Of a stretch of 64,000 bases of DNA, positions 46,334 through 55,970 are shown piece after piece (positions within the stretch are counted from its first letter, which is position 1; every line of letters begins with the position of its first letter). The notes beneath the pieces are model-generated. The model searched no databases. It was not told where the DNA came from and saw nothing but the letters and a program-made list of their open reading frames with translations. A program made the translations under genes and the position numbers. The stretch covers positions 913-64,912 of the forward strand of contig JAQBRG010000005.1 in the NCBI GenBank assembly GCA_028286615.1, in the 5' to 3' direction. The DNA comes from Parcubacteria group bacterium (GTDB taxonomy: Bacteria; Patescibacteriota; Minisyncoccia; Phycocordibacterales; Phycocordibacteraceae).

Positions 46334-46681
46334 CTATCCGATCCTGTCAGCTAGTGGAGGTACAGACGCATTCATACGAGCCGTAGCTTCGTTTGCAGTC
46401 TGCTTGTACTTGTCTGCCTCTGCTCGAAGATTGTTAATCTCTTTCTTCAACTTCCCCATCTGGATGCTGCTGCCAATAGCTCCTGGAAGAGACACGAGGA
46501 GACTAAGGACAATACCAAGAAGAATGGCAAGGATAACAACAACTGCTAGAGAGCTCTCAAACTGAAGGCCCATGAATGCAAGAGCTACAACCTCTGTGTT
46601 TTGAAGAATAAAGACAATGGCACCAACGCCGAGCACGAAGCCGATTATAAGTGAAAATATCATAGCAATATTATACCCCAA
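46334..46681 (-). CDS. LapA/DUF1049-family inner-membrane protein
   Basis: Two N-terminal TM helices followed by a coiled-coil (KLKKEINNLRAEADKYKQ). Confidence 0.5.
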   Translation of the reverse strand: MGYNIAMIFSLIIGFVLGVGAIVFILQNTEVVALAFMGLQFESSLAVVVILAILLGIVLSLLVSLPGAIGSSIQMGKLKKEINNLRAEADKYKQTANEATARMNASVPPLADRIG

Positions 46682-46690
46682 AAATAATAA

Positions 46691-47380
46691 CTAGGATTGC
46701 TCTGTGTAGTACTCAATCTTTATATCGTCTATCCACTCAGTGCCCGGAATAATGCTTAGGACTTTGCCAAAAATACGGGAATCTTCCTGTTTAACCACAA
46801 TTGGATAATAGGTGCCGTAGCTATTTTCAGGATTAAGATACACAACCTCATCTACCCGCTCGAATCGCTTGATAACTGCCATATTCCCAAGAATGGCAAC
46901 GACTCTGTCTCCGTTATCAACCTGGTTCGTTACCTCAACAATAACGTAGTCTCCGCTATGAATACCCGCGTCCTGCATACTGTCCCCCACTGCTTTAACT
47001 GCCACAATATTTGTTTGGCTAGCACGAGGACCAATGAGGCTGCGCTCTACAACGATGTACTCGCCGTATTGACTGTCGGCATAGACTTCCATGGCATCGC
47101 AACCCGCTGACGCAATAACAGGTACTTGTATAAGGTCTGAGCACATCTGAGATTCAACCCCATCAATTAGTGAAATGCTGCGATGCTGGAAGCGATCTCT
47201 CTTAATAAGGCCTTTCTTCTCAAGTCCCTCAATACGCTGGGTAACGCTCCTAAGAGAGCGGAGCTTTAGCTGAGTTGCAAGTTCTGTAATCGTTGGAGAC
47301 TTCCCGTTTTTCTCAATAGAGTTCTGAATGAGAACGAGCGTCTCTTTCTGTGCGGGCGTGAGTCCTACGAGCTTGGTCAT
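46691..47380 (-). CDS. lexA: SOS repressor LexA
   Basis: N-terminal wHTH; S24 peptidase motifs AVKAVGDSM (Ser) and ...VAILGNMAVIKRF (Lys). Confidence 0.85.
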   Translation of the reverse strand: MTKLVGLTPAQKETLVLIQNSIEKNGKSPTITELATQLKLRSLRSVTQRIEGLEKKGLIKRDRFQHRSISLIDGVESQMCSDLIQVPVIASAGCDAMEVYADSQYGEYIVVERSLIGPRASQTNIVAVKAVGDSMQDAGIHSGDYVIVEVTNQVDNGDRVVAILGNMAVIKRFERVDEVVYLNPENSYGTYYPIVVKQEDSRIFGKVLSIIPGTEWIDDIKIEYYTEQS

Positions 47381-47398
47381 AGATGTATGCTAGCACCC

Positions 47399-47450
47399 AC
47401 ATGTTTTAAAGAACATACACAACATGTGTATTTATCCACACAACATACAC
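47399..47450. promoter_or_regulatory. candidate LexA operator(s) in the lexA / exonuclease-GIY-YIG divergent promoter region
   Basis: Palindrome ATGTT-ttaaag-AACAT at 47401..47416, with further AACATGT and CATACACAA repeats; TGTACAAT extended -10 just upstream of 47483. Confidence 0.4.
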
Positions 47451-47482
47451 AAGTTGAGAAAAACTTTGTACAATGAGCAGTA

Positions 47483-48916
47483 ATGCGCGTTCCTTGTCTT
47501 AGTGGTGCGAACTATGCCGTTGTCGATGTGGAGACAACGGGCACTAGTGCTACCTATGGACAGATAATCGAGATAGGAATTATACGTATCGAAGATGGAG
47601 AGGTTGTTGATACGTATCAGACATTCATCAAACCTACGAGTACGCTTAATCCTTTCATAACTTCTCTAACAGGAATACGAGATGCAGATCTGGAAAACGC
47701 CCCTTCCTTTGAACAAGTATCAGGACGCATACAGGAACTCCTTGAAGACGCTGTATTCGTAGCTCATAACGCACGCTTTGATTACTCCTTTGTTAAGAGC
47801 GAGTTCAGGCGTCTCGGTATCTCTTGGAATGCCAAGACTCTTTGTACTGTGCGCATGTCTCGGAAACTCTTCCCGGCTGAGAAGGCGCATAACTTAGATG
47901 CCCTTATAGAACTCCATGGTCTCCGAATGGAAAACAGGCATCGTGCCTTTGACGACGCGTACGCGCTCGTTGAGTTTATTACTATTGCTGCAGAAAAGCG
48001 TTCTGAAGAATTAGTGCGTGAGACTATTGCAACCATTCTCGGGAATCATACGCTCCCAGCGGCTATAGAACCAAGCGTTGTTAAGAATCTTCCGCATGCG
48101 CCTGGCGTGTACATCTTTTATGGAAACGAAGACAACGTCCTCTATGTTGGAAAAAGTGTAGACATAAAGACACGTGTGATGTCACACTTCTCCGCAGACC
48201 ATCTCTCAGGCAAGGAGCGGGCCATGTGCGAAGAAACTGCACACATAGAGTATGAAGTAACGAGTGGCGAGCTCTCTGCCCTGCTGCGCGAGTCCATCCT
48301 CATCAAAGAACTCTTGCCGCTGTATAACCGCAAGCTACGCAAAGCAAAAAAGCTTGCTGTTATAGCAAGCGAGACAAATGAGCTCGGATACAAGCATGCG
48401 GCCGTGGCGTATAGGGACGAATTAGATCAAGAAGACTTCGGGAATACCGAGGGCGTATTTAGAACTGCTTCTCAAGGCAAAGCGTCTCTTAAAGAAGCTG
48501 TTAAGGAATATCAGCTGTGCCCAAAGCTTCTAGGTATAGAGAAAGGTTCAGGTGCCTGTTTCCAGTACCAACTTAGAAAGTGTTTAGGGGCCTGCCTCGG
48601 AAAGGAAAATGTAGACATGTACAATGCTCGCTTCGCACAAGCGTTCGAGAAGCGTCGCATACGTTCTTGGCCCTTTAAAGGTCCAGTTATGCTGCCAGAA
48701 GATCCATCTGCTGAAGAAGGCACTGTGTATGTTATTGACCAGTGGCGAATACTGAAGACTCTTTCCTACACCACAGACGGGTATGACGAACGAGAGGTTG
48801 ATTCAGATTTTGATTACGATTCCTACAAGATTCTCAGCAAGCACCTTCTTCGCAGAGATGTGCGCGCAAAGCTAACGCCCTACACATCCCAGCTTTCAAG
48901 GGAGTATGCTTATTGA
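47483..48916 (+). CDS. DnaQ-like 3'-5' exonuclease fused to a GIY-YIG nuclease domain (SOS-context repair nuclease)
   Basis: N-terminal AVVDVETTG/FVAHNARFD/HRAFDDA DEDDh motifs. Central PGVYIFYGNEDNVLYVGKSVDIKTRVMSHF GIY-YIG motif. Divergent from lexA. Confidence 0.75.
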   Translation: MRVPCLSGANYAVVDVETTGTSATYGQIIEIGIIRIEDGEVVDTYQTFIKPTSTLNPFITSLTGIRDADLENAPSFEQVSGRIQELLEDAVFVAHNARFDYSFVKSEFRRLGISWNAKTLCTVRMSRKLFPAEKAHNLDALIELHGLRMENRHRAFDDAYALVEFITIAAEKRSEELVRETIATILGNHTLPAAIEPSVVKNLPHAPGVYIFYGNEDNVLYVGKSVDIKTRVMSHFSADHLSGKERAMCEETAHIEYEVTSGELSALLRESILIKELLPLYNRKLRKAKKLAVIASETNELGYKHAAVAYRDELDQEDFGNTEGVFRTASQGKASLKEAVKEYQLCPKLLGIEKGSGACFQYQLRKCLGACLGKENVDMYNARFAQAFEKRRIRSWPFKGPVMLPEDPSAEEGTVYVIDQWRILKTLSYTTDGYDEREVDSDFDYDSYKILSKHLLRRDVRAKLTPYTSQLSREYAY

Positions 48917-48924
48917 ATCAATTT

Positions 48925-49983
48925 CTAGTATGCGAGTGTCCACGTAGTTCCACGAAGCGGGAATGTGCCCGTAACCTTTCCAGAGGAATCCACACCTGTT
49001 GTATCAATCATGAGCGTGGTGCCAATTGAGGAAGCGATATCGCTACTCATAACCGCCTTAATCGTAAAGATACGAGGCTGGCCCTGAACAACGGTTGCCG
49101 CGAGCGGAATGAATGCAGCGCCGTTGGTAAAGGTACCGGTGACATTCATGCGAGATCCTCCCTTGTCGTCAGAGGTTGTAAAACCAGTGATGGTCTGTGC
49201 AGGAGCTGTACCATTTTGCTTCAACCAGAATCCCTTTATTTTTGCTGGTGTCTGGGTTGTATTTACTACACGTATGTAAGCAACCGGTACTGAGCCTCCG
49301 GCTTTAACTGTTCCGCCAAACAATAACGGCACGGTTGTTATCGATACGCTGGACGCATCAGTGCCCGCGCTTGAGCCACCTACCGTAAACTTCTCGTTCG
49401 CGAGTTCGTTAAATTCATACTTCTTATCTCCGTAGAGACTTATCTCGTACTTCCCTGCATCAAGACCCTTAACCAAGTTCACTGTCCATGTGCCGCGCTT
49501 AACTTTCAAAGTCTTGCTCTTGTACACGACGTCGCCATCCGCATTACGTATCTGTACGGTTACGCTCTTAACTCCTGTAACCTTTCCACTAAAAGCACGC
49601 TTTGCATCAGTGGAGGATAGCGTGTCACTGTCGATGCTTCCTTCTGCAATGTATGCAGTTACAGAACAAGTAACTTTCTTACTGCCAGAACTAAAGGTAT
49701 AGGAATACTTGGTTGTTTTGTCGGGAGATTCAGTTTCAGATCCGGAAAGACTTATGCTCTTCCCCTTTTCGTCCACGGCTTTCTTCGCGTTGTCGCTTGT
49801 CCACTTAATTTCAAGGTCGTCTCCTTCTTGTACGTATATTTTTGCATCTTTAGACACACGTACCTCTCCTGCAGAGGTTGATACGTTTAAAGAGCACATT
49901 GGTTTGTTGCTTGCGGCAGAGGCTGAGAACGGTAGAAATGCTACCGAAAGAAGCATGAGCGCTAGGGGAAAGCGTAGAGACAT
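48925..49983 (-). CDS. secreted protein with Ig-like/beta-sandwich repeats
   Basis: Signal peptide MSLRFPLALMLLSVAFLPFSASA; Ser/Thr/Gly/Lys-rich beta composition; no enzymatic motif. Confidence 0.5.
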   Translation of the reverse strand: MSLRFPLALMLLSVAFLPFSASAASNKPMCSLNVSTSAGEVRVSKDAKIYVQEGDDLEIKWTSDNAKKAVDEKGKSISLSGSETESPDKTTKYSYTFSSGSKKVTCSVTAYIAEGSIDSDTLSSTDAKRAFSGKVTGVKSVTVQIRNADGDVVYKSKTLKVKRGTWTVNLVKGLDAGKYEISLYGDKKYEFNELANEKFTVGGSSAGTDASSVSITTVPLLFGGTVKAGGSVPVAYIRVVNTTQTPAKIKGFWLKQNGTAPAQTITGFTTSDDKGGSRMNVTGTFTNGAAFIPLAATVVQGQPRIFTIKAVMSSDIASSIGTTLMIDTTGVDSSGKVTGTFPLRGTTWTLAY

Positions 49984-50054
49984 AAATAGGTATTTAGGAG
50001 TAAGAGTAGGCAAAGTATAAGTCTTCCATAGTGTGCGTATCATGAAGACAAACG

Positions 50055-50086
50055 TTAACCTCTGTGACCCAGGTCACAGAGGTTAA
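50055..50086 (-). terminator. terminator hairpin
   Basis: ttaacctctgtgacc / ggtcacagaggttaa 15-bp perfect stem downstream of 50108..50341. Confidence 0.5.
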
Positions 50087-50107
50087 GACGTTCGAACTCA
50101 ATAAGTA

Positions 50108-50341
50108 TTACGCGCCGGGAACTTTGTCACCAACAACCTCCTGGTCTGATGAGTCGTCCATGAGCATAACACCGCTGTGTATGCCGATGCCAGGAGCTGT
50201 CATAAGAGCAGCGTTAGCTGTGGCAGCATCAACAGTCATAACCTCGCCGCTTTGATTTACGTATGCGTACGTAGCAGCAAAAGAAATGCCTGGAAGTGCG
50301 AGGAGTGCTGCAGATGCAGCGCCGAGAAGTACCTTTTTCAT
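50108..50341 (-). CDS. small secreted protein
   Basis: 77 aa with signal peptide MKKVLLGAASAALLALPGISFA. Confidence 0.45.
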   Translation of the reverse strand: MKKVLLGAASAALLALPGISFAATYAYVNQSGEVMTVDAATANAALMTAPGIGIHSGVMLMDDSSDQEVVGDKVPGA

Positions 50342-50438
50342 AGTCTAGATAGTGTTTAGGGTTATCGGGTTGCTAATAATCTGGCAATCCGTACGTTATC
50401 TATAGCTTATTGTTCATGAACTCAAGATGAAGGATTCA

Positions 50439-50699
50439 TCAAGACTCATTTAGGTGTCTCGTGAAGTGTTGCTTGATGGTTGCGTCGAGTGCTCGGCTGA
50501 AGTCTATGGCGTGCTTTGGGGACAAGGCTACTTCTGAAATAAGCGAACCAACCTTAGCGTTAGGACGTATGTAGGCAAACTGAATTATTACAGAATCGTC
50601 AGAAACGGTTACCTGCGTAGCATTACAGAAAATTGCTTTTGCATCAGGAGATATGTTTATGGCTATCTCTTTCTTGGGTACGGGTACGAGCTCATCCAT
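50439..50699 (-). CDS. hypothetical protein (DUF3467-like?)
   Basis: 86-aa ORF, protein-like composition. Confidence 0.35.
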   Translation of the reverse strand: MDELVPVPKKEIAINISPDAKAIFCNATQVTVSDDSVIIQFAYIRPNAKVGSLISEVALSPKHAIDFSRALDATIKQHFTRHLNES

Positions 50700-50700
50700 A

Positions 50701-50895
50701 TTAGAAAATATGCTTTATCTTATCTATTATTTCCGTGAACCAGTTTACAAGTATCTCCCATCCGTCTTTAACCTGGCCCCATACGTAGCCGAAGTTCTCT
50801 GTTCCAGCTGGAGACTCTACAATATGGCGGATGGAGATGCCGAAGTACGAAAGCGCCAGGATAGCGATAACGATAAGAATGATGAGTCTAATCAT
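50701..50895 (-). CDS. hypothetical small membrane protein
   Basis: 64 aa, N-terminal TM helix. Confidence 0.3.
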   Translation of the reverse strand: MIRLIILIVIAILALSYFGISIRHIVESPAGTENFGYVWGQVKDGWEILVNWFTEIIDKIKHIF

Positions 50896-50915
50896 GGGAC
50901 CAGTATACTACGGGC

Positions 50916-51566
50916 ATGTCTACTAAGAAGCGCACTGCAGTGAAAAAGGATCAGGTTAAGGTAGCCATGGCACACCTCAAGAAGGTTGATCCTCTTATGC
51001 ACGCTGCTGCCCTCCCCTACCGCAAGGAACTAGGAAAGAAGATAACTCACAGGCGCGGATATAAGCGCGACGACCTCTTTGCTGCACTTGCCGGGTCTGT
51101 GGTTGGTCAACAGCTTTCCGTTAAAGCAGCCGATACTATCTGGGAACGGCTTCGGGTAGCCTCAGGAGGCGCCGTTACCCCCGAAGCAATTAAGAAGCTT
51201 CGCGTGCCAACCATGCGCAAGGCAGGACTCTCTGCAGCTAAGATTAAAACGCTTAAAGAACTTTCTAATGCAGTGCTTATCGGGAACTTGGACCTCCCTG
51301 CCCTTCGCAAGGTGCCTGAAGAAGAAGCCATAACAAGACTCTCAAGTATTTGGGGTATAGGACGTTGGACTGCAGAAATGTTTCTCATGTTCGCGCTTGA
51401 TAGAGAGGACGTGTTCTCTTCTGGAGATTTGGCACTCAGGCGAGCTGTTGAAACTATTTATAATTTGCCGAAAGACACTCCTTTAAAAACAATAGAAGCT
51501 ATTGCTGCAAGCTGGACTCCGCACAGGACTTTTGCATCTAGAGTGTTGTGGATGACCAGGGACTAA
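50916..51566 (+). CDS. HhH-GPD family DNA glycosylase (AlkA-like 3-methyladenine glycosylase II)
   Basis: Helix-hairpin-helix IWGIGRWTAEMFLMFAL followed by a catalytic Asp (...SSGDLALRRA). Confidence 0.7.
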   Translation: MSTKKRTAVKKDQVKVAMAHLKKVDPLMHAAALPYRKELGKKITHRRGYKRDDLFAALAGSVVGQQLSVKAADTIWERLRVASGGAVTPEAIKKLRVPTMRKAGLSAAKIKTLKELSNAVLIGNLDLPALRKVPEEEAITRLSSIWGIGRWTAEMFLMFALDREDVFSSGDLALRRAVETIYNLPKDTPLKTIEAIAASWTPHRTFASRVLWMTRD

Positions 51567-51584
51567 ATAAATTAGCCTCTTAGT

Positions 51585-52196
51585 TTAAGGGCAGGTATAA
51601 AACGAAGTGTTCGCTGCATTGAAATCGAGCGTCACTGCCTTAGAGGCTCCAGTACTATCTACACACCAACCATTGGCGCCACTGCTTGTCGGACTATTCA
51701 ACGGGACAGCAAACGCCCACCGTGCCGAACTTACGCCGCAAAAGACACGACTCCCGTTTGCCGCACCTCGATTATGAACTACACCCACCCCAAGCGCATT
51801 TATATTCCCTGTAACATCAGGATCAAGAACCGTATTAATAAATAATGCAGCAAAGCTCGGGTTTGTTTTACTTAGGCACTGATCCACGTTATCTTCCCCG
51901 CCACCTGCTCCCAAGCCAGTATATGAGCCGTTCGCTGCGGAGAATATCTCTGCCTGATTGCGCATCGCTGCCATTTGCGTTTTGATAGCCGCGTCTCTGC
52001 TTTGCGAACGTGCATAGTTGAGAGACGCCAGAATGATTCCAGAGAGCAGCCCGATAATGGCAATTACTACTAGCAATTCTACAAGTGTAAAACCGCGAAC
52101 TTGTACGTTCTTTCTTTGGCATGCTGGAACAGCTTTGCGCACAGAGCTAAAGAAGCCTTCTTCCAAGTGTTCTATTGACTGCAGCTTTTCCATCAT
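51585..52196 (-). CDS. type IV pilin / pseudopilin (prepilin N-terminal methylation motif)
   Basis: RG|FTLVELLVVIAIIGLLSGI class III signal. Upstream ATGs give an atypically long leader; a GTG at 52142 would give a 17-aa leader. Confidence 0.7.
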   Translation of the reverse strand: MMEKLQSIEHLEEGFFSSVRKAVPACQRKNVQVRGFTLVELLVVIAIIGLLSGIILASLNYARSQSRDAAIKTQMAAMRNQAEIFSAANGSYTGLGAGGGEDNVDQCLSKTNPSFAALFINTVLDPDVTGNINALGVGVVHNRGAANGSRVFCGVSSARWAFAVPLNSPTSSGANGWCVDSTGASKAVTLDFNAANTSFYTCP

Positions 52197-52633
52197 GTGA
52201 GATCTAAAGCTCGGGCCGGTGCAAGTATGGCCCTGGGATCTTTCTTCCAAGCATCTGAAACATCGGCATATAACTCAAGCTCGTTTCCATCCGGATCAAG
52301 AATATACAGCGAGTGTGTAACACCATGGTCTGTAGACCCTATGATAGATACTCCTTTGGCTTTAAGTTCCCTATATGCTTCCTTAACGTCTTCTGTCTTG
52401 TCCCCAATCTTAAACCCTATGTGATACAAGCCTGGTTTTTGAGAGCCGGGTACTTTAGGCTGCCCTCCAACCTCAAGCATAAGGAGCTCATGGTGTGTTC
52501 GACCTGAAGAGAATATCGCCATACCAGGCCCGCGAGATATTTCATGAAAACCAAGAGTTTCCTTATAGAAATCAGCCATACGAATTGCGTCCGTAACATA
52601 AAGAACGACATGTCCTAGTTCTTTTATTTGCAT
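52193..52633 (-). CDS. VOC/glyoxalase-bleomycin resistance family protein
   Basis: HVVLYVTD...FY...LGF paired beta-alpha-beta-beta-beta modules; 146 aa. Confidence 0.7.
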   Translation of the reverse strand: MQIKELGHVVLYVTDAIRMADFYKETLGFHEISRGPGMAIFSSGRTHHELLMLEVGGQPKVPGSQKPGLYHIGFKIGDKTEDVKEAYRELKAKGVSIIGSTDHGVTHSLYILDPDGNELELYADVSDAWKKDPRAILAPARALDLT

Positions 52634-52685
52634 GTCCCTATTCTACCCTGTTGTGCCGCTCACTCTGGATGAGGTTGAAAGCCTC

Positions 52686-53123
52686 TTATCCTTTAATAAA
52701 TCTAGGCTCATCTGAGAATAAAGTTCCTGCGCGCAGATCTTTTGCGATTCTATCTGGAAGAATCCTGACATCTGTTGTGGGAGACACCCATACTATTTCG
52801 TTTATTTCATGAATATGCGTTCTTTCTAATCCTTCTAGGTTTACAAAATCCTGACCATTTAGGACCTCAAAAAAGAATTCTACTGGTTGAGTTAAGTTTT
52901 TGTCCTCAAAAGTATTTACGTATAGCAGTCTTCCAATTTGCGGCTCAACTCCAAGTTCTTCTACAATTTCTCTACTAAGACATTCTTTAGGGTCCTCTCC
53001 CCATTCAAGGTGACCTCCTGGAAGCGCGACAAAAGTTATGTCGTGAGAATGCCTAACTACAAGTAATTTTCCCTCGTGGAGGATTATTGCGCGGCAACGA
53101 ATTACATATTTCTTACCTTGCAT
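52686..53123 (-). CDS. NUDIX hydrolase (third in the window); lies immediately after repeat Ra in cassette-like fashion
   Basis: Nudix box GGHLEWGEDPKECLSREIVEELGV; only 28 nt separate its ATG from repeat Ra. Confidence 0.75.
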   Translation of the reverse strand: MQGKKYVIRCRAIILHEGKLLVVRHSHDITFVALPGGHLEWGEDPKECLSREIVEELGVEPQIGRLLYVNTFEDKNLTQPVEFFFEVLNGQDFVNLEGLERTHIHEINEIVWVSPTTDVRILPDRIAKDLRAGTLFSDEPRFIKG

Positions 53124-53151
53124 ATCTGAATGGTATCAGATTAGGTATGGT

Positions 53152-53207
53152 TAGCAGCCTAAGACGATGTTGGAACCTCTTTGCAACATGTGATAGGTTC
53201 TGTCTAG
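53152..53207 (+). repeat. repeat Ra (slightly degenerate core + extended inverted-repeat arm + RBS of G1)
   Basis: tagcagcctaagacgatgttggaacct ctttgcaacatgtgat aggttctgtctag then aaggagg and ATG at 53222. Confidence 0.7.
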
Positions 53208-53221
53208 AAGGAGGATCAGCC

Positions 53222-53686
53222 ATGTGGATTGAGGAATATACCTATGGACCGCCTATATCTGAAGAGGAGCGCCAGCGGCACGTCGCTGCCATTGAGGAGG
53301 CTCTCCAAAAATATAGGGAGTATCTGGAAGCTAGGGGCGAAGTAATCTGCCAGCTCTGGTCAATACATGACATAGACAGGCGTCACAGCCATCAGTTCTG
53401 CTCTCTGCACATCGATGATTTGAAGCGCAAGGATTTCCATAAGCGCTATAACAGCTCGTTGCCAGAAACAGCACCGGACACCTATTATGCTTTTGCTCGG
53501 GATGAGCACTCCCGACTCATCCCAACCTATCACTGCCGTGTGGACGCAACGATTTACAGGCGCATCAAGGATAGCGATATTGGGCTCTGGTGCGTAACCA
53601 TTCCTATGGATACCGTCGAGGCGGTCGCACTCATTCCGCCAAACGATTTTATCTCACTGACCGAAGGCTTGATGCCTGCCCGCTAA
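53222..53686 (+). CDS. cassette gene G1: hypothetical protein
   Basis: 154 aa (MWIEEYTYG...), RBS aaggagg supplied by the extended repeat. Confidence 0.45.
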   Translation: MWIEEYTYGPPISEEERQRHVAAIEEALQKYREYLEARGEVICQLWSIHDIDRRHSHQFCSLHIDDLKRKDFHKRYNSSLPETAPDTYYAFARDEHSRLIPTYHCRVDATIYRRIKDSDIGLWCVTIPMDTVEAVALIPPNDFISLTEGLMPAR

Positions 53687-53752
53687 TATTGAATTAAACT
53701 AAGCCGTACGGTTCGCCCTGCGGTTTTCTTTTGCAAGTTAAAATTAGTGAGC

Positions 53753-53779
53753 TAGCTGCCTGGGACGATCTTGGAACTT
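53753..53779 (+). repeat. repeat Rb (core, degenerate)
   Basis: tagctgcctgggacgatcttggaactt; stop codon of 53778..54419 overlaps its 3' end. Confidence 0.6.
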
Positions 53780-54419
53780 ATTTAATCAGATGTTGCGTAT
53801 ATCCTTCAGCAACTAGCTGCACGTAGGCCTGCCACACATCGTCTGGTATCTCTTGTTCAATTTGAAAACCCTTAGCCGGATATTCCTTTATACGCTGGAG
53901 ATCTCCAACCATCATATTAATTAAGTATTCTTTTGTTCGCTCCTCGTTAGGATATTCTTTGAAGGATATGGGTGGGGACGTAACCACGAAGTCCATATCA
54001 GGCCATTGTTTAGCGAAAGTAGCATAAGTTCGTCGCTCCATGTAGGGCTTCTGTATAAGAATGAGCTTGCCAACTTCTACGCCCTTTTCTTTAAGTAGCT
54101 GTTTTGTGAATTGAACGTTGTCTCCAGTATTCGTTGCTTCCTTCTCAAGCAAAATCTTATCTTCAGGAACTCCCAGACTCATTGCAACTTCTGTAAATTT
54201 CTCTGCTTCAGTCATGCCCCACAATTCCATAGTCTTTCCCTTCCCATCTCGGCCCGAAAAGATGATAAGCGGGGCCCAGCCCTCGAGATAGAGTTCCGCT
54301 GCATACGCAGGAACGCGCAAATCGCTGCTCCCAAGCACAAAGATTGCATCAGCCTTCTCAAGAGGCTGGTGCAGCTGCATGTAGTCCCAGATAAGTTCTG
54401 CGGCTGAATCAGTATTCAT
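53778..54419 (-). CDS. cassette gene G2: DUF218 (YdcF/SanA-like) domain protein
   Basis: ADAIFVLGSSDLRVPAYAAELYLEGWAPLIIFSG typical of DUF218; compact cassette (18-nt leader after Rc, stop abutting Rb). Confidence 0.6.
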   Translation of the reverse strand: MNTDSAAELIWDYMQLHQPLEKADAIFVLGSSDLRVPAYAAELYLEGWAPLIIFSGRDGKGKTMELWGMTEAEKFTEVAMSLGVPEDKILLEKEATNTGDNVQFTKQLLKEKGVEVGKLILIQKPYMERRTYATFAKQWPDMDFVVTSPPISFKEYPNEERTKEYLINMMVGDLQRIKEYPAKGFQIEQEIPDDVWQAYVQLVAEGYTQHLIK

Positions 54420-54437
54420 GTGAACACATTAGCATTG

Positions 54438-54460
54438 CTGGCAGTCTGGGACGATGTTGG
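54438..54460 (+). repeat. repeat Rc (core, 3'-truncated)
   Basis: ctggcagtctgggacgatgttgg. Confidence 0.7.
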
Positions 54461-54602
54461 CGCCAAACTACTTCAAAAACTCGAATCCTGTGTACTGAGC
54501 TAAATTTGACAATCTAAGTCAAACATGTTATATACAAATATCAGTCCATGCGACTGAGTGGCGGGATTGGCCTGCCACGTTCCTTCATGCAAGGAGAAGA
54601 CG

Positions 54603-55208
54603 ATGAGTGAATTTGACCGTCTGGGCGTCGTTCGATCGACGGCTATTGCCGCAGCCAATGCGGTGGTCAACCACATGAACATCGGACAGTTCATTTCGGA
54701 GTTCGACAAGATCAACGACTATACGCTGCGAGCATGTAAGTTCCAGGGTAATGCTGAGGTGCAGATTGAGGGCCGTACGAATCATGACCTTTGGGTCTAC
54801 CCAACCTGCACGGTGATTTTCAAGAACAATCGGCAGGCAGGGTTCCCGATCGATCGAGTGTACGTTTCCGTGACGTACGCAGGTCGCGACGGAGTGCATT
54901 CGAATCGCCAGTACTACGTCTGCACGTTCTACGAGGACGTGGCGGTCGCGAGACTGGCCCGTTCACCGCACGACGAGACCGAAGTCGTGGTCTTCAGCAG
55001 TAATAGTCAAGGGAAGTTCTACTTCTCCAAAGACCATTGCCAGCCCTACGCCAACGGATTCGTCCCGACGAGCCACAAGCTGCCGTGCAAGGTGAAGGGT
55101 CGCCTTGGCCTGTCCGAAGGGCTGGTCTGTACGCGTGAGGAACTGATCTTCGTGTTCTACGACGACAAGAAGGAAGTCCCTAACCCTGACGTCCGCTACT
55201 TGTCCTAA
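54603..55208 (+). CDS. cassette gene G3: hypothetical protein (high-GC)
   Basis: 201 aa, own promoter TTGACA-17-TATATA at ~54488..54520 and RBS aaggag; GC clearly higher than neighbouring cassettes. Confidence 0.45.
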   Translation: MSEFDRLGVVRSTAIAAANAVVNHMNIGQFISEFDKINDYTLRACKFQGNAEVQIEGRTNHDLWVYPTCTVIFKNNRQAGFPIDRVYVSVTYAGRDGVHSNRQYYVCTFYEDVAVARLARSPHDETEVVVFSSNSQGKFYFSKDHCQPYANGFVPTSHKLPCKVKGRLGLSEGLVCTREELIFVFYDDKKEVPNPDVRYLS

Positions 55209-55300
55209 CAATTGTTCACAGCCCCCGGACTTAGATGACCGGGGGCTCAATATTTTTATACAAACTGATTCTAATGTCCTTCACGCGCTGCTAAACATTG

Positions 55301-55326
55301 CTGGCAGTCTGGGACGTTATTCGAAC
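55301..55326 (+). repeat. repeat Rd (core, 3' half diverged)
   Basis: ctggcagtctgggacgttattcgaac. Confidence 0.6.
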
Positions 55327-55339
55327 AAACTTAAAGGCC

Positions 55340-55882
55340 TCACCGCATGGGTGAGGCCTCAATAAGGAGCAGATTCGCAATAAGGTCGAGGAAGTTCGCT
55401 TCGAGACGATATTGCGGGATGTGATATCGAGCATAGCGGCTTTTTGGCCAGCCCATCGCGACATTAAGCGGCTTTATGCGTTCTTCCACGGATAAGGCAT
55501 GCGCACGGATATCCGTTGCCTCTTCTCTAAGAACGGCAGCGATCTTCGGACAGTCTGCGGTTTCCAGCAGTTGCACAAAGGCCAAGGCTCCCTGGATTTG
55601 ATCTTCAATGGCCTTACTCTGGGTTTCTTGAAATTCAAGCTCTTCGCTGGCTACGTCCAGGGCCATAGATGCGCCTCCGGCCAGGGCACTTAATGATGAG
55701 TCCGGCGGCAGTTCATCTTGTAAATCTTTAAGTATATCCTCGACATGTTCCGGACTCTTAAGATGATGCACGTACTTATCCTGAAGATTTGCGTCCTTCG
55801 CGAGCTGTCTGGCTCGATTTAGATAAGTCGTGATGAGAAAAGCCAAAACGTCGGCTCGGGTTTGAAACACGGTAGGCAACAT
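55340..55882 (-). CDS. cassette gene G4: hypothetical protein (possible DinB/YfiT-like helical bundle)
   Basis: 180 aa; own promoter TTGACT-17-TAGTAT and GGAGAAGG RBS; 3' end overlaps the hairpin ggcctcacc/ggtgaggcc. Confidence 0.4.
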   Translation of the reverse strand: MLPTVFQTRADVLAFLITTYLNRARQLAKDANLQDKYVHHLKSPEHVEDILKDLQDELPPDSSLSALAGGASMALDVASEELEFQETQSKAIEDQIQGALAFVQLLETADCPKIAAVLREEATDIRAHALSVEERIKPLNVAMGWPKSRYARYHIPQYRLEANFLDLIANLLLIEASPMR

Positions 55883-55942
55883 AGCCTTCTCCTGTAATGA
55901 ACGTTCAGGAGAATACTATAACTTATTTATAAAAAGTCAATG

Positions 55943-55970
55943 CTGGCAGTCTGGGACGATGTTGGAACCT
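55943..55970 (+). repeat. repeat Re (core)
   Basis: ctggcagtctgggacgatgttggaacct; stop of 55969..56502 overlaps its 3' end; -35 TTGACT of the 55340..55882 promoter abuts its 5' end. Confidence 0.8.
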
